DNA of 58,051 nucleotides. Origin: Candidatus Limnocylindria bacterium (GTDB lineage Bacteria; Chloroflexota; Limnocylindria; P2-11E). A model generated the notes under the pieces. It ran no database searches, was not told the origin of the DNA, and saw nothing but the letters and a program-made list of their open reading frames with translations. The position numbers and the translations under genes were made by a program. Location: NCBI GenBank assembly GCA_035937095.1, contig DASYVN010000183.1:1-58051 (forward strand), read 5' to 3'. Positions 55,006 to 58,051 of this stretch are shown piece by piece; position 1 is the stretch's first letter, and every line of letters starts with the position of its first letter.

Positions 55006-55109
55006 AGTCGCCCTCGCACAACGGCCATCGCGCTGCCAGATTAGCGCGGCGTGGAACGTCGTTTCTGGACAGTGAGATCGACGGAGCGGAGGTACGTGCA
55101 GCACATGAC

Positions 55110-55134
55110 GAGGCCCGGGTTCGTCCCGGGCCTC
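55110..55134. terminator. Perfect 10-bp hairpin GAGGCCCGGG-TTCGT-CCCGGGCCTC
   Basis: Read directly from the sequence. It lies 20 nt downstream of the livK stop on the minus strand. There is no T-tract. Confidence 0.5.
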
Positions 55135-55153
55135 GTCGGATCTCGCTAGTCGA

Positions 55154-56404
55154 TCACTTCTTCGGGATCGGCATGGTCGCGGCGGCGGTCTGGATCTCCT
55201 TCGGCCAGATCAGGATCCGGGCACCGTTCGGCGTGTTCTGGGTCATGACGTAGTCGTTGTTCGCCTGGCCCGTCTTGTCGAACTTGATCGTGCCGCTCGG
55301 GAAGAGCGAGCCGTCCCAGCTCGTGCTGAACAGGATGTCGTGGATCTTCTGCTTGTCGACGCTCAAGGTCTTCTGGATCGCGCCGGTGAGGATGCGCGCG
55401 CACTCCCACGCGGAGGCCGCGTACCACTCCGGCGAATCGCCGGTGGCCTTGAACGTGTCGAGCCATTTCTTGATGTTGTCCCCGGGCATGAGGCTGTCGA
55501 ACCAGGTCGCTGCGGTGATGTAGTCACTCGAGTCCTTGAGCGCGTCACGCGCCGCCTTCTCGGGGCCACGCGGTCCATAGGTGAGGTACTGGTGGTACAT
55601 GCCGAGCTGCTTGTACTGCGTTTGCATCGTGATGTAGTCGGCGACGCGCGCGTCGATCATGTACGCGTCGGCGTTCGCATCCTTCACCTTGTTGAGGAGC
55701 GAGGTGTAGTCCTTGCCGTTGAGGTCGAAGGTCTCGTTGAACACGACCTTGAACCGGTCGGGAGCGGCCTTCTCGCCGTCCTGGATCCCCTTGAGGAACT
55801 CCTTGCCGTGCGAGCTGTTCTCGTACGCGACCGCGATCTTCAGCGGCTTCGGCAGCTTGTTCGCGTCCTGCTGGGTCTTGATGAACTCCAGCTGCGTCGC
55901 CGCGAGCTTTTCGATCGAGGCGAGGACGCCGACGGCCCACACGTTGTCGACGTAGATCGACGACGATGCGCCGCCGCCGCCGACGTACGGGATCTTGTAG
56001 CGGTTGGCGACCTTGACCTCTTGGGTGACGATCGTCGTGTTGTACCCGCCAAGGAGCAGGTCGACGTTGTCCTGGGTGATGAACTTCTCGTAGAGTTGGC
56101 CACTCACGGCAGCGTCACCCTTGTTGTCCTCGATCTTCAGGTCGAACTTCACCTTCTTGGTGCCGACCTGGAGCCCGCCTGCGTCGTTGAGCTGCTTGAA
56201 GTAGAGCTCGTAGCTGTCCTTCATGATCTTGGCGATCGACGAGTCCGCCCCGGTGAGCGGCAGGGCCGCCGCTAGGTGGACCGTGTCCGGGACGTTGACC
56301 GTGACCGCCGCGCTGCCGCTGGCATTGCCACCGCCCGCGCCGCTGCCACCGCACGCCGCGATGACGAAGGCCGCGACGAGCGCGACCACTGCGAGCCTCC
56401 GCAT
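55154..56404 (-). CDS. livK: Branched-chain amino acid ABC transporter substrate-binding lipoprotein (LivK/LivJ family)
   Basis: It has a signal peptide with a lipobox, MRRLAVVALVAAFVIAAC, then a periplasmic-binding-protein type I fold. The ATG at 56404 is preceded by GGGGAGG with a 6-nt spacer. Confidence 0.88.
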   Translation of the reverse strand: MRRLAVVALVAAFVIAACGGSGAGGGNASGSAAVTVNVPDTVHLAAALPLTGADSSIAKIMKDSYELYFKQLNDAGGLQVGTKKVKFDLKIEDNKGDAAVSGQLYEKFITQDNVDLLLGGYNTTIVTQEVKVANRYKIPYVGGGGASSSIYVDNVWAVGVLASIEKLAATQLEFIKTQQDANKLPKPLKIAVAYENSSHGKEFLKGIQDGEKAAPDRFKVVFNETFDLNGKDYTSLLNKVKDANADAYMIDARVADYITMQTQYKQLGMYHQYLTYGPRGPEKAARDALKDSSDYITAATWFDSLMPGDNIKKWLDTFKATGDSPEWYAASAWECARILTGAIQKTLSVDKQKIHDILFSTSWDGSLFPSGTIKFDKTGQANNDYVMTQNTPNGARILIWPKEIQTAAATMPIPKK

Positions 56405-56464
56405 GTTCATCCTCCCCGCCCGCGAGTTGACAGGGGGCAATTATGCGGTCAGACCAGTTCGGCG

Positions 56465-58051
56465 CTACGGCACGACCCGTCGCGGATCCGCGCCGAGCAG
56501 CGCCCGCAGCGCGGCCGGCCACGCGAACCAGTGGCGAGAGGTGACCGCCCCGGACCGCTCGTCGTAGGCCTCCGGCAGGAGCCCGTCCCAGGTCTCGACC
56601 GCTCGAAGCCTCGCCTCGGCCCGCCGGACCCGCAGCACGTCGCCGAGCAGCCGACCGACGACCAGATCCTGGAGATCGCCGAGTGGCCACGGGTGGAGCG
56701 TGTGGAGCGAGCCGAGCCCGCCGAACGCGCCCGGGATGAAGCCGGCGTTCGCCTCGCTCCAGGCGTGATCGATGGTGGCCCGCCACACCGGATCCGCCGC
56801 GTCACAAAAGCCCCAGCCCGGAGCGAAGACGGTCGGAAGGTCATTCGCGTCGTGGTAGTGGCGCGCCGGACCGTCCGCGCCAGAGACGGCGTAGGCGAAC
56901 TGGCCGTCGCGGGTGAACAGCGCGCGGACGACCCGGCGGAGCGGCTCCGCATGCGGATGCTCGAAGAGCGCAAGGACGTGCCAGAGCAGGACGTGGCTCG
57001 AGAAGTGGAACGGGAGCGACAGCGGGTCGTCAGCGGGCGTCTCCGCGGTCGCGATGAGGCCACTCGGTCCCCGCTTGGCGAGGAGCTGCTCGATCAGCGT
57101 GCGCGCCTCCGCCACATGCCGGCCGGCCTGATGGGCGAGGAGCAGCGGGTAGAGCTGCTGATCGAGCTGGAACTGCGGATCCTTCGCCTGGCCGGACGCG
57201 AGCGCTGCGCGAGGCCACCAGCCCCCCGGCCGTTCCGCGCGATCGAAGAGCCAATCCAGGAACGCGGCGGTCATCGCTGACGCGCCGGCGGCGCCGGTCG
57301 CCGAGAGGGAGCGCACGACGTAGTACGCGTCCCTCGTCCACACGAGCGGAAGGATCTCGTGATCGGCGAGGATCGCCAGCGATCCGTCCTCGAGCCAGGA
57401 CGCCGCGCAATCGAGGCAGTAGGCGGTCGCGCGCGCAGCCACGATGTCGGCGATCGCTCCCGGGCCTGAGGCCTCCGGCACGGGCCCCGGCGCGTCGCGG
57501 AGCAACGCGTCCACTTCGGCCTCGGCCTCCGCCGGCGTGGCACCGAATGCCGCGGCCAGGTAGACCGCACGATCGCGCGAGACGGCGCGCATCGCGAACG
57601 CGCCGAGCTCGCGCGGATCGACCGGAGGGAGCAGACCGCCCGGGGTGAGCTCGGTGTACGCGGCCCGCGCGATCCGCGGAGCCATCGTCACGCGGTCGTC
57701 GTGCAGCCCGATCGCACGCTGGACGATCCCCCGCCGACCGGCAGGCGCGACGGTGACGATCTCGACCGCGCCGGCGCGCCCGACCGGCCAGCGCTCATCC
57801 AACAGCGAGGCCTCGGCCGGTCCGGCGAGGGACGCGAGGCCGAAGCCGGCCCGGTCCGGCGACGCCAGCTGCGCCCGGTACCGCCGCACCGCCGCCTGGT
57901 CGTGCCGCAACGCGGCATCGAACGGCGAGGCATCGGTGACCACGATCCGGCCGTGCAGCTGGTGCGACGTGCCGAGCGAGAGGATCCGTCCGGCAGGAGA
58001 CACGGTGCCCGACACGATCCCGTTGCCGACGTCGAGCGGCTTATACGGCCG
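56465..58051 (-). CDS. GH125-like (DUF1237, six-hairpin) glycoside hydrolase with an N-terminal extension; probably 5'-truncated by the window edge
   Basis: The C-terminal ~300 aa show GH125-like blocks (LPLVWTRDAYYV, QFQLDQQLYP, HYHDANDLPTVFAPGWGF, HPWPLGDLQD). The frame stays open from the track start at 58015 to the window end. Confidence 0.6.
   Translation of the reverse strand, partial: RPYKPLDVGNGIVSGTVSPAGRILSLGTSHQLHGRIVVTDASPFDAALRHDQAAVRRYRAQLASPDRAGFGLASLAGPAEASLLDERWPVGRAGAVEIVTVAPAGRRGIVQRAIGLHDDRVTMAPRIARAAYTELTPGGLLPPVDPRELGAFAMRAVSRDRAVYLAAAFGATPAEAEAEVDALLRDAPGPVPEASGPGAIADIVAARATAYCLDCAASWLEDGSLAILADHEILPLVWTRDAYYVVRSLSATGAAGASAMTAAFLDWLFDRAERPGGWWPRAALASGQAKDPQFQLDQQLYPLLLAHQAGRHVAEARTLIEQLLAKRGPSGLIATAETPADDPLSLPFHFSSHVLLWHVLALFEHPHAEPLRRVVRALFTRDGQFAYAVSGADGPARHYHDANDLPTVFAPGWGFCDAADPVWRATIDHAWSEANAGFIPGAFGGLGSLHTLHPWPLGDLQDLVVGRLLGDVLRVRRAEARLRAVETWDGLLPEAYDERSGAVTSRHWFAWPAALRALLGADPRRVVP

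Overview
This is a very gene-dense, high-GC chromosomal window (about 65-73 % GC judged by eye, not computed). I call about 60 CDS and one tRNA-Arg(CCG). I saw no rRNA, CRISPR array, transposase or integrase. All product calls come from motifs I recognise in the translations; no database search was possible.

Gene order by strand:
- Minus strand, left to right: secA (partial, missing from the ORF track because it runs off the window edge); prs; an 11-gene Flp/Tad pilus operon that continues into DUF192-comFC-GT-C glycosyltransferase-orphan-PHP; murT-GNAT-gatD; a MerR regulator; dodecin; an orphan sigma-54 activator; HD-GYP plus a DUF5317::MFS fusion; a 25-codon ORF; R3H/AAA-tmk-darA; pdxS-pdxT-GNAT-like; polyprenyl synthase; PBP1A; rarA; malic enzyme; livK, a class V aminotransferase and livHMGF; a partial GH125-like gene.
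- Plus strand: an RDD protein; an HNH endonuclease; GT4-GT4-holB-ricT; an Arch_ATPase/DUF234-like ATPase plus a 64-aa ORF beside the tRNA; tatC; csoR; arsR-PIP synthase-ino1-two acyltransferases-PHP-pimA; a CoA-transferase; an enoyl-CoA hydratase.

The gene content suggests a monoderm-type high-GC lineage. The supporting genes are MurT/GatD, a secretin-less Tad system, tmk-darA, holB-ricT, phosphatidylinositol/PIM genes and a sigma-54 activator. I cannot place the lineage more precisely without a search.

Two genome-style signals recur:
- Operons are chained by ATGA/GTGA/TAGTG stop-start overlaps.
- At least six genes have a TANNNT hexamer exactly 6 nt before the start codon and no Shine-Dalgarno (SD) sequence, which suggests leaderless mRNAs.

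Best candidates for something undescribed:
1. The Tad pilus operon coupled to comFC and to a GT-C/orphan/PHP tail.
2. A tandem-GNAT gene wedged by overlapping codons between murT and gatD.
3. An ArsR-headed phosphatidylinositol-mannoside operon with an embedded variant PHP phosphoesterase, a candidate for the missing PIP phosphatase.
4. An ATPase plus mini-ORF pair beside the tRNA, under a 28-bp palindrome flanked by divergent leaderless promoters.
5. An unannotated 25-aa ORF with a strong SD and the only clear T-tract terminator in the window.

Many long ORFs in the supplied track are antisense or out-of-frame artefacts of the high GC content and were rejected.
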